From an uncultured delta proteobacterium (GTDB lineage Bacteria > Myxococcota > Myxococcia > SLRQ01): DNA of 64,000 bases. The stretch is taken from positions 832,001-896,000 of the forward strand of contig CAVSGM010000001.1 in assembly GCA_963727485.1 (NCBI GenBank), given 5' to 3'. Made by a program: the position numbers and the translations under genes. Below are positions 48,888 to 59,143 of the stretch, in pieces; within the stretch, counting starts at the first letter, position 1; each line of letters begins with the position of its first letter. The notes beneath the pieces were generated by a model. The model was not told where the DNA came from and did no database searches. It was given only the letters and a program-made list of their open reading frames with translations.

Positions 48888-50483
48888 CTAGGCCGCGTCG
48901 GGCATCTCCACCGCAGCCTCGCCGGCGTCCGATCGGGCGCCGCCGCGGCGCTTCATGTGCGCCTCGCTCCGGAGCATGAGCGAGAGCGGGATCCCGGTGC
49001 CCAGGAGGATCAGGCCGCCGAGGACGAAGCCGTTGTCGAAGGCCAGCACCTGGGCGTGGGCCATGGCGGTCTGGAGGAGCGCCAGCATCCCCTTGCCCGC
49101 GGCCCCCGGAGGGAGCCCGGGGATCGCCGGCATCGGCACGTTCGCCACGTGGTCGGCGAGGCGGGCGAAGGCCTTGCTCGCCAGCGGCATCTGGGCCCCG
49201 AGGCGCACCGCGTGGACGTGGGCCTCGTTGGTGACGATGGTGTTGAGCACCGCGATCCCCAGGGCGCCGCCCACCCGCGAGCCGACGTTGAGGAAGCTGG
49301 ACGCGGTGGCGATGGACTTGCGCGGCACCGAGTTGAGGGCCACGGCCATCATCGGTGCCATCATCAGGGCCATGCCCATGCCCCGGAGGACCTGGGGTCC
49401 GATGATCTCGAGGGCGCCCGAGAGCGGGTCGAGGTGCCCGTAGAGGATCATCGAGTACCCGGCGATGGCCGAGCCGATGGCCATCAGGTACTTGGGCTGC
49501 ACCTTGTCGGCGATGCGGCCGGCAAACGGCATGCAGATGCCCACGGTGATGGCCCCGGGGGCCATCCACAGGCCGGTCTGGATGGTGGTGTAGCCGACGA
49601 TGTTCTCCAGGAAGATCGGCAGGAGGAAGATCCCGCCGAAGAGCCCCAGCGACCGCACCACCATCAGGGTCATCGAGAGGGTGTAGTTGCGGCTCTTGAA
49701 GAGCTTCAAATCCAGGAGGGGGTGCTCGACGCTCATCTCCACGGCGAGGAAGAGGATGAAGCCCACCACCGAGAGCACCATGCACACCACGACATAGGTG
49801 CTGTCCCAGCCCTTCTCCTGGCCGTTGGTGGCTCCGAGGAGGACGGCGATGAGGAACATGGTGAGGAAGCCGAAGCCGACGCCGTCGAAGGTCGGCCGGT
49901 TCTCCCGGTCGAGGGCGTTGGTCTTCATCACGATCAGGGCCAGGACCACGGCGACGGCGCCCACCGGGAGGTTCACCGCGAAGATGGCGCGCCAGGAGAA
50001 CCACTGGGTGAGGTAGCCGCCGAGGGTGGGGCCGATGGCGGGGCCGATGACGATGCCCATGCCCCACACGCCCATGGCCTTGCCGCGCTCCTCGGGCTCG
50101 AAGAGGTCGCCGATCATCGCCATGCCCAGCGGCTGGATCCCGCCGCCGCCGACGGCCTGGAGCACCCGGGCGAAGATCAGCGCGTCGTAGCTCCACGCGA
50201 CGGCGCAGAGCGCCGAGCCCACGGTGAACAGGAAGAGGCTGAGGATGAAGTAGGACTTGTAGGAGACCCGGGTGACGATCCAGCCGACCAGCGGCATCGC
50301 CACCGCGGTGGCGAGCATGAACGCGTTCGAGACCCACTCGATCTGGTCACGGTTCACCCCGAAGGCGCTCATCATGTGGGGCAGGGCCACATTGACGATG
50401 CTCGAGTCGAGGATCACCATCAGGGTCCCGAGCGCGGAGAGCGCCAGGACCCACCAGCGATAGCTGGGGTTCTCGGGGTTCAT
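48888..50483 (-). CDS. DHA2 (EmrB/QacA) MFS efflux permease
   Basis: [39 protein letters not shown]; about 14 TM helices. Confidence 0.95.
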   Translation of the reverse strand: MNPENPSYRWWVLALSALGTLMVILDSSIVNVALPHMMSAFGVNRDQIEWVSNAFMLATAVAMPLVGWIVTRVSYKSYFILSLFLFTVGSALCAVAWSYDALIFARVLQAVGGGGIQPLGMAMIGDLFEPEERGKAMGVWGMGIVIGPAIGPTLGGYLTQWFSWRAIFAVNLPVGAVAVVLALIVMKTNALDRENRPTFDGVGFGFLTMFLIAVLLGATNGQEKGWDSTYVVVCMVLSVVGFILFLAVEMSVEHPLLDLKLFKSRNYTLSMTLMVVRSLGLFGGIFLLPIFLENIVGYTTIQTGLWMAPGAITVGICMPFAGRIADKVQPKYLMAIGSAIAGYSMILYGHLDPLSGALEIIGPQVLRGMGMALMMAPMMAVALNSVPRKSIATASSFLNVGSRVGGALGIAVLNTIVTNEAHVHAVRLGAQMPLASKAFARLADHVANVPMPAIPGLPPGAAGKGMLALLQTAMAHAQVLAFDNGFVLGGLILLGTGIPLSLMLRSEAHMKRRGGARSDAGEAAVEMPDAA

Positions 50484-50486
50484 CGG

Positions 50487-51575
50487 CTAGCGCTCGGCGA
50501 CGGCGTGGTCGTGACCGGCGTGGATGCGGATCTCCACCGAGAGCCCCGGGAGGAGGGCGTCGGCGGTGGGCAGCTGTCCCTCGACGTGGATGCGCACCGG
50601 GACCCGCTGGGTCACCTTGATGAAGGTGCCCGACACCCCCTGCGAGGGGATGGCGCTGAACTGGCTCTGGGTGGCCTTGACCACCGTGGCCACCCGGCCC
50701 TTCAGGTGGAGGCCGGGGTAGGCGTCGACGGCGATGTCCACCCGGTCCCCGACCTTCACCTGGGAGAGGTTGGTCTCCTCGACGTTGGCGTCGACCCGCA
50801 GGGTCTTGGGGTCGAAGAGGGTGATGACCGGGCCGCCGGGGTTGGCCATGTCGCCGGGGTCGCGCCAGCGCCTGACCACCACCCCGGCGAAGGGCGCGTG
50901 GACCACCGCGTCGGAGAGCGCGATCTTCGCCTTGTCCAGGGCGTCCTGGCTCACCTGCACGTGGGCCTCGGCGCTCTGGACCGCGGCGGCGGCGGCAGCC
51001 CTGTCCTCGGCGCGGGTGCCCTGGCGCAGGAGGGTGAGCTGGTGGCCCGCGGCCTCGTGGGCCTGGTTGGCGATCTCCACCTGGGCCGCGGCCTTGTCCA
51101 CCATCTGCTGGGACGCCGACCCCGAGGCCCGAAGCTGCTTGACGCGCTTGAGGCTGATCTCGGCGAGCTTCGCCTGGGCCTCGAGGCGCGCGGCGTTGGC
51201 GGCGGCCACCTGGATTTGCTGGGCCCGGGGGCCCCGCTGGGCCTTCTGGGACTGGGCCTGGGCGGCGGCGAGCTGCGCCTTCGCGAGGTTCAGGGCGGCC
51301 TCGGCCTGGGCGACGCTGGCCTTGAGCTGGCGCTCGTCGAGGTGGAAGAGGGTGTCGCCGGCCTTCACGTGGTCGCCGACGTCGACCTTCACCGCGGTGA
51401 GGCGGCCACCGATCTCCGGCGCGACGTCGATGAGATCGCCGGCGACCCGGGCGTCGTCGGTGGAGACGATGCCGCGCATGTCGAAGTACCAGTAGCCCAC
51501 TGCCGCGAGGGCCAGGACCACCAGGACCAGGGTGCCGATGATGAGTGGACGGGAGCTGCGAAGACGGGTGCTCAT
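50487..51575 (-). CDS. HlyD/EmrA family membrane fusion protein
   Basis: STDDA, VKAGDTL, APFAGVV, ANVEET, KVTQRVPVRI. Confidence 0.9.
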   Translation of the reverse strand: MSTRLRSSRPLIIGTLVLVVLALAAVGYWYFDMRGIVSTDDARVAGDLIDVAPEIGGRLTAVKVDVGDHVKAGDTLFHLDERQLKASVAQAEAALNLAKAQLAAAQAQSQKAQRGPRAQQIQVAAANAARLEAQAKLAEISLKRVKQLRASGSASQQMVDKAAAQVEIANQAHEAAGHQLTLLRQGTRAEDRAAAAAAVQSAEAHVQVSQDALDKAKIALSDAVVHAPFAGVVVRRWRDPGDMANPGGPVITLFDPKTLRVDANVEETNLSQVKVGDRVDIAVDAYPGLHLKGRVATVVKATQSQFSAIPSQGVSGTFIKVTQRVPVRIHVEGQLPTADALLPGLSVEIRIHAGHDHAVAER

Positions 51576-52219
51576 GGCTGGGTATCCCGAGGAGCTGTGA
51601 GGGGGGGGCGGGTGTCGCCGGCGTCGAGGCCGCGGAGGAACACGTCGACGAGGAGCGCGAGGTCCGCGTCGACGTCCGACCGCTCGCCCTCGGCGAGGCG
51701 TCGGATCACCACCGAGAGGGAGGCGTCGATGATCATGGCCCCGACCTTGGCCGGGTCCACCGGGCGGAACTCGCCGCGCGCGACGCCCTGGGCGATGAGG
51801 TGCTCCATGCGGTCGACGAGGGCCCGGTAGCGGCTGCTCTTGTGGCGTTCCACCGGGTGGTGGGACTTGTGGCGTTCGAAGAGGAGGACCCGGAGGCTGT
51901 CGTGCTCCCGGTCGAAGAAGGTGAGGTAGCGCCGGAGGAGCTCGATGAGCTTGTCCCGGGGGCCGAGGTCCGACTCGAAGACGGTGGCGAGCTCGGTGCG
52001 CAACGGCTCGAGCTTGGCCTCGACCGCCGCCGCGATGAGGTCCTGCTTGTCCTGGAAGTAGCTGTAGAGGGTGCCCTTGGCGACCCCGGCCTCGGTGGCC
52101 ACCCGGTCCATGGTGAGGCGCTCGGCGCCCTCGTGGGTGAGGACGTGCACCACGGCGTCGACGATGGCGGTGCGCATCATCGATTCCCACTGTTCTTTCC
52201 GGCGGTTACGTTCGATCAT
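51572..52219 (-). CDS. TetR/AcrR family transcriptional regulator
   Basis: HTH TMDRVATEAGVAKGTLYSYFQDK. Confidence 0.95.
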   Translation of the reverse strand: MIERNRRKEQWESMMRTAIVDAVVHVLTHEGAERLTMDRVATEAGVAKGTLYSYFQDKQDLIAAAVEAKLEPLRTELATVFESDLGPRDKLIELLRRYLTFFDREHDSLRVLLFERHKSHHPVERHKSSRYRALVDRMEHLIAQGVARGEFRPVDPAKVGAMIIDASLSVVIRRLAEGERSDVDADLALLVDVFLRGLDAGDTRPPLTAPRDTQP

Positions 52220-52226
52220 GGCTGAT

Positions 52227-52288
52227 TGACCGGGTGGTCATTGGGTGAACCGTGCGGTCACTATGGGCCCGAGCCCGACCCGGCGCAA
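52227..52288 (-). promoter_or_regulatory. Sigma70-like promoter and tandem TetR operators for the tetR-emrAB-like operon
   Basis: Minus strand TTGCGC-N17-CATAGT (52288-52260); perfect TGACC-N4-GGTCA (52227-52240) and imperfect GAACC-N4-GGTCA (52247-52260). Confidence 0.65.
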
Positions 52289-52317
52289 GGGGTGCATCGG
52301 TGCCCCGGCCGCGGCGC

Positions 52318-53139
52318 CTACCGGCGGCCGGTGAACGCCGTGATCAGCCGCTCGGCGATGGACGGCTGGCCCAGGAAGGTGACCCGGGCGTTCCCGAAGA
52401 CCACCCGGAGACGGACCACCAGGCGCGGGGGGCCCGGGGGCGTCGGCGGGCGCCGGCCCGGGTCCGGGAGCCGGGCCTCGCCGAAGACCACCGAGGTCTC
52501 GATGCGGTGGGGGATGGCCGGGTCGAGGACGACCACCGCGTCGCCGAAGCGGACGTTCACCTGCACCACGTAGGGGTCGGGGCCGCCCTCGGGGACGTGG
52601 GTGAGGTCCACGGTGCTGCTCGCGAAGGTGACCTCGACCCGGTGATCCGCCGGGGCGCCCCCGTCCGGGGCGCGCGGGCCCTCGCCGGCGAGGCCCCGGA
52701 GGGCGCGGTAGAGGGCCCGGCCGCCCACGGCGAGGGCGCCGACGCCGGCGGCGGCGAGGAAGAGGAAGCCGTGGAACCCGAAGACCGCGTCCCCGGCGCC
52801 GGCCATGGCGACCAGGGTGGCGGCGACGGCGAGCTCGACCCCGAGGCCGGCGCCGCGGGGCTCGACCCCCTGCGGGGTCACCGGGGCCGGGGCCGCGGCG
52901 GGGGCGCCGGGCTCGGGTGGGGTCTCGGCGGGGGTCTCGGCGGCGGCCCGGGCCAGGGCCGACTCGGAGATGCCCACGTCGGCGGCGATCTCCCGGACCT
53001 CGTCCCAGGACAGGCGGTCGTGGTCGGCGGTGGCCGCAGGCGCCCGGGCGCCCTCGGCGCTGGCCCGGCGGATGAGCCGGCCCACCTCCTCGACGGAGTA
53101 GGTGCGCCCGTCGGGGGGCTGGGGACGGTCACCGGCCAC
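52318..53139 (-). CDS. Membrane protein with LiaF/DUF2154-like C-terminal domain
   Basis: YSVEEV..LIRRA N-terminus, 2 TM helices, TVDLT...V.FG...VVFG repeats. Confidence 0.6.
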   Translation of the reverse strand: MAGDRPQPPDGRTYSVEEVGRLIRRASAEGARAPAATADHDRLSWDEVREIAADVGISESALARAAAETPAETPPEPGAPAAAPAPVTPQGVEPRGAGLGVELAVAATLVAMAGAGDAVFGFHGFLFLAAAGVGALAVGGRALYRALRGLAGEGPRAPDGGAPADHRVEVTFASSTVDLTHVPEGGPDPYVVQVNVRFGDAVVVLDPAIPHRIETSVVFGEARLPDPGRRPPTPPGPPRLVVRLRVVFGNARVTFLGQPSIAERLITAFTGRR

Positions 53140-53196
53140 GGAGCGCAGGATAGAGCACCCGGCGCCGGCTCGCCATGGACGGCACCCCCTCCACGG

Positions 53197-53793
53197 TCAC
53201 CCCGCCGGCGCCCCCAGCTCGTCCCGGGGTGTCACCGGCAACGGTTGCTCCCGCTCCACCGAGACCTCCCGGATCTCGGCCTGGCCGAAGACCACGTTCA
53301 TCTTGAGCAGCAGGTGGGGGGGGCCGCCGGAGCGGTAGTGGGCCGAGCCGAAGAAGGTCGCGTCCCGGCTGGGCAGCCGCGCCTCCCCGAAGGCCGCCGA
53401 GGCGTCCACCTCGTAGGGCACCGCCGGGTCCACCCGGATCACGGTCTGGCCGAAGACCGTGTCCACCTCCACCCGCCGGGGCGGGCCCTCCGCGGGGAGC
53501 CCGGTGAGGTCCACGGTCCCGGTCCCCAGGGTCACCGAGTACTTGAGGTCGCCGAGGCCGGTGGCGCCGGTCGGGGCGAAGGTGCGCCCCTCCATGAGCG
53601 CCGCCGACTCGGGCGCGTGGACCCGGGAGGGGGACCAGGCGTCGAAGACGAGCTTCGCGCCGAAGAAGACCAGGGCCAGCCCCAGGGCGGTGCGGAAGAG
53701 CGGGACCTCGATCTGGAAGACCGCCCGGAGGACGATGGAGACGCCCAGGAGCACCACCAGGAGCCCGACGATGAGACCGAAGCCGAGCCGCAT
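53197..53793 (-). CDS. LiaF/DUF2154-like cell-envelope stress membrane protein
   Basis: AGGAGG RBS, 2 TM helices, GTVDLT, TVFG, AAFG, NVVFG. Confidence 0.7.
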   Translation of the reverse strand: MRLGFGLIVGLLVVLLGVSIVLRAVFQIEVPLFRTALGLALVFFGAKLVFDAWSPSRVHAPESAALMEGRTFAPTGATGLGDLKYSVTLGTGTVDLTGLPAEGPPRRVEVDTVFGQTVIRVDPAVPYEVDASAAFGEARLPSRDATFFGSAHYRSGGPPHLLLKMNVVFGQAEIREVSVEREQPLPVTPRDELGAPAG

Positions 53794-53992
53794 CGGAACA
53801 CCTCCTGCTCGAGACACCGGAGAGGCGTGCATCGCCCACGCCAGCGTCGGAACCCAGGGGGAACGCGGTCTTCGGGGGCCGGGGCCGGCATCCCCTGCAC
53901 CGCGGCCGCAGGCTGTGCGACGGCGGGAAGGTCCCGGTGCGGGGGCGCCCCCTGGGCGGGCACCCGCACCCGGGGTCTGCTAGAAGGATCCG

Positions 53993-56060
53993 ATGCACCT
54001 CCACTCGCGTCTCGCCGGGGCCGTCGCCGTCCTCCTCCTCGCCGCCTGCACCGGACCCGCCGGACCCAAGGGTGCCGCCGGCGACCCGGGCGCCGACGGG
54101 GCCACCGGGGCCACGGGCCCGGCGGGGCCCCAGGGCCCGGCGGGCCCCACCACCGTCCCGCCGACCCTCTCCAGCCTCTCCCAGAGCTGGGGATCCGCCG
54201 CCTCGGAGCTCACCCTCACCGGCACCGGCTTCGACCCCGATCCGGCGGCGGACACCGTGTTCTTCGGGGGCTCCCAGGGCACGGTCACCGCCGCCACCGC
54301 CACCACCCTCACGGTGCGGCCCTCGGTGACCGTCGACGTGCGCACGCCGACGCTGGTCACCGTGGAGGTGGCCAACCAGATGTCCAACGCCCTCGCCTTC
54401 GACCTGGTGCCCCAGGGGACGCCGGTGCGCCTCCCGGTGGCGCTCCCCGACCGGCCCACCGGGGTGGCCTACCTCGGCGCCACGACCTACGTGGGCGCCG
54501 CCGGCGGGCCCATGGGCGGGCTCTACGCGCAGGATGCCACGGGCAAGGTCACGCGCCTGGTCGCCCCCCGGCGCCTCACCGGCGCGCCGGCCGGGGCCCC
54601 GGCCTACGTCGAGCCCACGGCGCTGGCCACCGACGGCCAGGGGGTGTTCTACGCCACCAACCTCGGCACCATCCACCGCTACGACCCGGGCACCGGGGCG
54701 GACACGGTGGTCTTCGACGCCAGCCTCTATGGCGCCGCCACCGGTCTCGCCTGGGCCGATGGCTATCTCTACCTGGTCACCTCCGAGTCCACGCTGATCC
54801 GCGTGGGTCCGGACGGGCGCTCCGCGGTGGATCACGACGTCACGCTCGGCGGCATCTTCGGTGTCGCGGCGCAGAACGGCCGGATCTATCTCACCATCCC
54901 CGGCAGCAACCGGGTCCTGGCGGTGGGGACCCCCGAGACGAACCCCACCGTCCTCGATCAAGCGGACGTGTCCCCTGGCTGCACCAAGCCGCAGGCGGTG
55001 GTCGCCATCGGCAACGATGACCTCCTGGTCACCTGCAACGCGGGCACCCTCTTCCAGCTCAACGATCCCGCGGTCGGGGTCAGCGGCTTCGGTGGGGGGA
55101 CGGCCGTCCAGGGGCTGGGGATCCCCACGGCGGCCACCCAGGGGGCGTTCGTCTCCGCGGCCGGGAGCGCCGGGGCAAAGGTCCTCTTCGCGCTCCCCAC
55201 CGACGGGGTGGTGGCGAGCCGGGACCAGGGCTCCCTCGCGGTCACCCCGGTGCTCGCCGGTCTCCGGGGCCAGACCCTGGGCGCCGCCCGGGTCGACGGC
55301 CACCTCTACCTCGCCACCAGCACCGCGCAGACCTGGGACCTGGTCCAGCCCGACGACACCGTCCTCGACGTGGCCCCGGACGGCTCGAGCCGGCTGGTCT
55401 TCGTGGGGTCGAGCCTCTCGGGCCTCGCCCCGGGGCCGGGCGGCAAGCTCTACACCGCCGGGTTCTCGGCGGCGGGCCAGGCGTCGATCCTCGCCATCGA
55501 TCCCGCCACCGGTGCCCAGACCGTGGTGACCTCCCAGGCCACCGGCGTCTACCTCGACGTCGCCTTCGACGCCGACGGAAACCTCTTCGCCACCCGGGTC
55601 GGGCGCCACCGCCGACACCCTCGTCCTCAGCCGGATCCCCGCCGGCAGCACGAACGAGACCGACGTGTCCACCTTCCCCGGCCACTCGTCGGACATCGTC
55701 GGGATCGGCGCCACCGGGGTCACCGTCGGTCCCAGCTTCTTCGGCAACGACGGGATCTCCACCGTGCCCCTCGACGGCAGCCCGGCGCAGCAGGTCGCGC
55801 CGGCGGGCGCCCTGGGCGACGCCGTCAGCGCCTTGACCACGGCGGACGGGGCCATCCTGGTCTTCACCCGCGTCGACGGGGAGATCCTGGAGGTCGACCC
55901 GGGGTCTGGCGCGGTCCGGATCCACGGCAGCTCGCGGGTGATCGCCTTCGACCCCGCCACGTCGATCGGTGCCGGCGTCGTCCGTGGCGTCCTCCGTGCC
56001 GACGGCACCCTCGTGGTCGCCGACGGCCAGCAGGACGCGGTGGTCGCCGTCGCCCCCTAG
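53993..56060 (+). CDS. Lipoprotein with collagen-like Gly-X-Y repeat, IPT/TIG domain and probable beta-propeller(s) (frameshift at ~55602)
   Basis: Lipobox LAAC, about 10 GXY triplets, LTLTGTGF, NHL-like repeats (VAFDADGNLF); continues in the 55665..56060 frame. Confidence 0.75.
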
Positions 56061-56075
56061 GCGCGCGGGCCGGGG

Positions 56076-57329
56076 CTAGCGGGCGAGCCGGAGGCCGGTG
56101 AGCTGCCAGCGGGCCGCCGCCGGGAAGAAGTTCCGGTAGGTGGCCCGGAGGTGGTCGGTGGCGGTGAACGCCGAGCCACCCCGGAGCACCTGCTGGTCGA
56201 CCATGAACTTCCCGTTGTACTCGCCGAGCGCCCCGGCCAGGGGCCGGAAGCCCGGGTAGGGCGCGTAGGGGCTTCGGGTCCACTCCCACACGTCGCCGAA
56301 GCGCTGGGTCTCTCCCTCGGCGGCCGGGGCCGGGTGGAGGCGCCCGGACTCGACGAGGTTCCCCTCGATGGGCGCGCCCTCGGCGGCGACCTCCCACTCG
56401 GCCTCGGTGGGCAGCCGCGCCCCGGCCCAGTGGGCGTAGGCGTCGGCCTCGTAGTACGAGAGGTGGCAGACGGGCTCGGTGGGGTCGAGGTCCTTCAGGC
56501 CTCCGAGGCCGTAGACCTGGAAGCCGTCGCCGGCCTCCCGCCAGTAGAGGGGGTGGCGGGGATCGGTGCCGGCCTGGAGCCGGTGCCAGCCGTCGGAGAG
56601 CCACAGCTCCGGGCGGTCGTAGCCGCCGTCGTCGAGGAACGCCCGGTACTCGCCGCAGGTCACCAGGCGGTCGGCGAGCTCGAAGGGCTCGAGCCAGGTC
56701 CGGTGCCGGGGGCGCTCGTTGTCGAAGGCGAAGCCCGCGTCGCCGGCGCCGAGGTCCCGGAGGCCGCCCTCGTGGGCGGTGAAGGTCAGGGGCCGGGCCT
56801 CACCGACCGAGGCCGGGGGCGCCCGGCGGTAGGCCGGCGCCAGGGGGTTGGTGCCCAGGACGTGCTTGAGGTCGGTGAGGAGGAGCTCCTGGTGCTGCTG
56901 CTCATGGTTCAGGCCCAGGGTCACCACGAAGCGCACCGTCTCGTCCCCGCCCTCGGGGCCTTCGAGGAGCGCCTGCATCTCGGCGTCGATGGCGGCGCGG
57001 TAGCCGCGCACCTCGGCCACGGTGGGCCGCGAGAGCAGGCCCCGCCGCGGCCGGGGGAACTGGGGGCCCACGCCCTCGTAGTACGAGTTGAAGAGCCAGG
57101 CGTAGCTCGGGTCGAACGGCCTCCGGTCCGGGCGCCACCGGGCGAGGACGAAGGTCTCGAAGAACCAGGTGGTGTGGGCCAGGTGCCACTTGGTGGGGCT
57201 CACGTCGGGCATGGTCTGGACCACCATGTCCTCGGGCTTCAGCGGCTCGGTGAGGGCCTCGGTGAAGGCGCGGACGGCGCGGTAGCGGTCGACGAGGGCG
57301 GGGGCCGGAGGCTCGTTCGGGGTCACCAT
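56076..57329 (-). CDS. egtB: Ergothioneine biosynthesis sulfoxide synthase EgtB
   Basis: SPTKWHLAHTTWFFETF, NHEQQHQEL iron motif, FDNE.PRH, EYNGKFM, YRNFF. Confidence 0.9.
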   Translation of the reverse strand: MVTPNEPPAPALVDRYRAVRAFTEALTEPLKPEDMVVQTMPDVSPTKWHLAHTTWFFETFVLARWRPDRRPFDPSYAWLFNSYYEGVGPQFPRPRRGLLSRPTVAEVRGYRAAIDAEMQALLEGPEGGDETVRFVVTLGLNHEQQHQELLLTDLKHVLGTNPLAPAYRRAPPASVGEARPLTFTAHEGGLRDLGAGDAGFAFDNERPRHRTWLEPFELADRLVTCGEYRAFLDDGGYDRPELWLSDGWHRLQAGTDPRHPLYWREAGDGFQVYGLGGLKDLDPTEPVCHLSYYEADAYAHWAGARLPTEAEWEVAAEGAPIEGNLVESGRLHPAPAAEGETQRFGDVWEWTRSPYAPYPGFRPLAGALGEYNGKFMVDQQVLRGGSAFTATDHLRATYRNFFPAAARWQLTGLRLAR

Positions 57330-57423
57330 GTCGCCGCCGAACCTAGAGCAGGCCGGGCGCGTCGCCAAGCGCGCCGGCGCCGGTGCCGCGTCGGATCCGC
57401 TCCCGCCACCGCCGGGCGGCGCG

Positions 57424-58203
57424 TCAGAAGACGATCTCGTCGAGGAGCGTCTCGAGGCGGGAGGTGACCGCCTCCGGGCCCTGCCCCTTGGCCACCCAGC
57501 CGTCGGCGCCGGCGGCCCGGGCCCGCTCGGCGAGGACCGCGTCCTCGGCGCCGGACATGAGGACGATGGGGATCCCCTCGGTGTCGAAGCGGGTCTTGAG
57601 GGTCCGGCACACGTCGTCGCCGGTGATGTCGGGCATCTCCATGTCCGCGAGGATCAGCTCGGGGTGGAAGTCGGCGAGGCGGGCCTCGAAGTCGAGGAGG
57701 TCGCCCGCGGCCGCGGCGGTGTGCCCCAGCTCCCCGAGGGCGTCGACGAGGATGTCGCGGATGAGCCGGTCGTCGTCGAAGACCAGGATGCGCCGCCGGG
57801 GCGAGTCCTCGGCCTCCGGGGCCGCCGCGGGGCCGGCCCCGGCGAGGCGGATCTCGGCCTCGAGGGCGGCCGCCTCCCCGGCGCTGCGGGTCCCGGTGGC
57901 GGCGCGCTCCCCGGCGACGGTGAGGCGCCGGGCCCAGGCCACCGCCTGGCGCCACCCGGCGACACCGGGATCGCCGAGGTGGGCGAGGTGGGCCTCGAGG
58001 GCGCGGGCGGCGGCGGCGAGGGCGTCGAGGCCCAGGAGCGCGGCCTCGCCGGCGACGCCGTGGACCTCGTCGACCAGGGCGGCGCAGGCGACGCGCCGGG
58101 CGTGGGCGGCGGCCTCCCGGGGGAAGAGCCGGGAGATCCGCCCGCGGCGCTCGGCGCAGCGCTCGGCGAAGCGGGAGAGGAAGCCGTTGCGGGGCTCGCT
58201 CAA
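57424..58203 (-). CDS. Hpt-domain plus receiver-domain protein
   Basis: VHGVAGEAALLG (Hpt His); FDDD, LADMEMP, VAK receiver motifs; TTG start overlaps the upstream stop. Confidence 0.75.
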   Translation of the reverse strand: MSEPRNGFLSRFAERCAERRGRISRLFPREAAAHARRVACAALVDEVHGVAGEAALLGLDALAAAARALEAHLAHLGDPGVAGWRQAVAWARRLTVAGERAATGTRSAGEAAALEAEIRLAGAGPAAAPEAEDSPRRRILVFDDDRLIRDILVDALGELGHTAAAAGDLLDFEARLADFHPELILADMEMPDITGDDVCRTLKTRFDTEGIPIVLMSGAEDAVLAERARAAGADGWVAKGQGPEAVTSRLETLLDEIVF

Positions 58204-59018
58204 CGCCTCGGCCCTGCCCCGGACGTGGCGTCGTCGAGGTCCCCGGTGAGGCCCAGGAGGTGGCCCAGGGTGTTGAGGAGCTGGGCGCGGAGCACCGGCT
58301 TGTGCACGAAGAGATCGGCCCCGGCGGCGAGGGCCTCGGCGCGGACGTCGTCGCCGCCGGTGCTGACCATCAGCACCGGGATGTCGGCGAGCTTGGGCCG
58401 GGCCCGGAGCTGGGCGATGACCCCGGCGCCGGTCATCACCGGGAGGAAGTGGTCCACGATGGCGAGGTCCACCGGCCCGGCGTCGAGGGCGGCCAGGGCC
58501 TCCTGGCCGTCCCGGGCCCAGGTGACCTGGAGGGCGCCGCGGCTCCCCTTCACCCGGTCGTAGAACCGGGTCAGGGCGTGCTCGAAGAGGTCGCGGACGA
58601 AGTCGTTGTCCTCGACCAGGAGGACCCGGAAGGGCACGTCGCGCGGGCGTTGCTGCCAGTCGGCGCGGATCCGCAGGCGACGCACCAAACGCTCCAGGGC
58701 CCGGCGCCCGGCGACGTCGTCGGTGAGGATCTCCACGCCCACGCCCGGGAGCGCGCCCGGGGTCTCGCCGGCCTCCTGGCGGAACCGGACGATGCCCTCG
58801 AGGTCCACGGGCTCGAGGAGGCCCGGGAACGAGAGGGAGAAGGCGAGCTTGCGCCCCACCTGGAAGTCGGCGTCGGTGCGGATGAAGAGGCCGCCGCGGC
58901 CGAGCTCGGTGAGGTAGTCGGCGAGGAGCTCGGTGGGCTCCCGGTAGCTCACCTTGAGCAGGATGTCCCGGACGACCTCGCCGTCGTCGCCGAAGCGCGC
59001 GCTCCGCGTCCATGTCAT
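58200..59018 (-). CDS. PilZ-like domain plus receiver-domain protein
   Basis: TELGRGGLFIRT...G.V......GVGVE (myxobacterial PilZ-type); VEDN, IVDHFLP, KP. Confidence 0.8.
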   Translation of the reverse strand: MTWTRSARFGDDGEVVRDILLKVSYREPTELLADYLTELGRGGLFIRTDADFQVGRKLAFSLSFPGLLEPVDLEGIVRFRQEAGETPGALPGVGVEILTDDVAGRRALERLVRRLRIRADWQQRPRDVPFRVLLVEDNDFVRDLFEHALTRFYDRVKGSRGALQVTWARDGQEALAALDAGPVDLAIVDHFLPVMTGAGVIAQLRARPKLADIPVLMVSTGGDDVRAEALAAGADLFVHKPVLRAQLLNTLGHLLGLTGDLDDATSGAGPRR

Positions 59019-59143
59019 GCCCCCAACCAAGGGTAGATACCCGATCGGATCCTCCGTCGTCCAGCGGGGGCCCGGTCGAATTTCTTTCCCTGGGCCGCCG
59101 TCCCGGTGTCTGTACCCATGAACCCCTCGCCAGGAGCCCCGCC

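Noticed and set aside
56076..57329. Selenoneine synthase SenA instead of EgtB
   Set aside because: No senB or senC/selD neighbours, and the motifs fit standard EgtB
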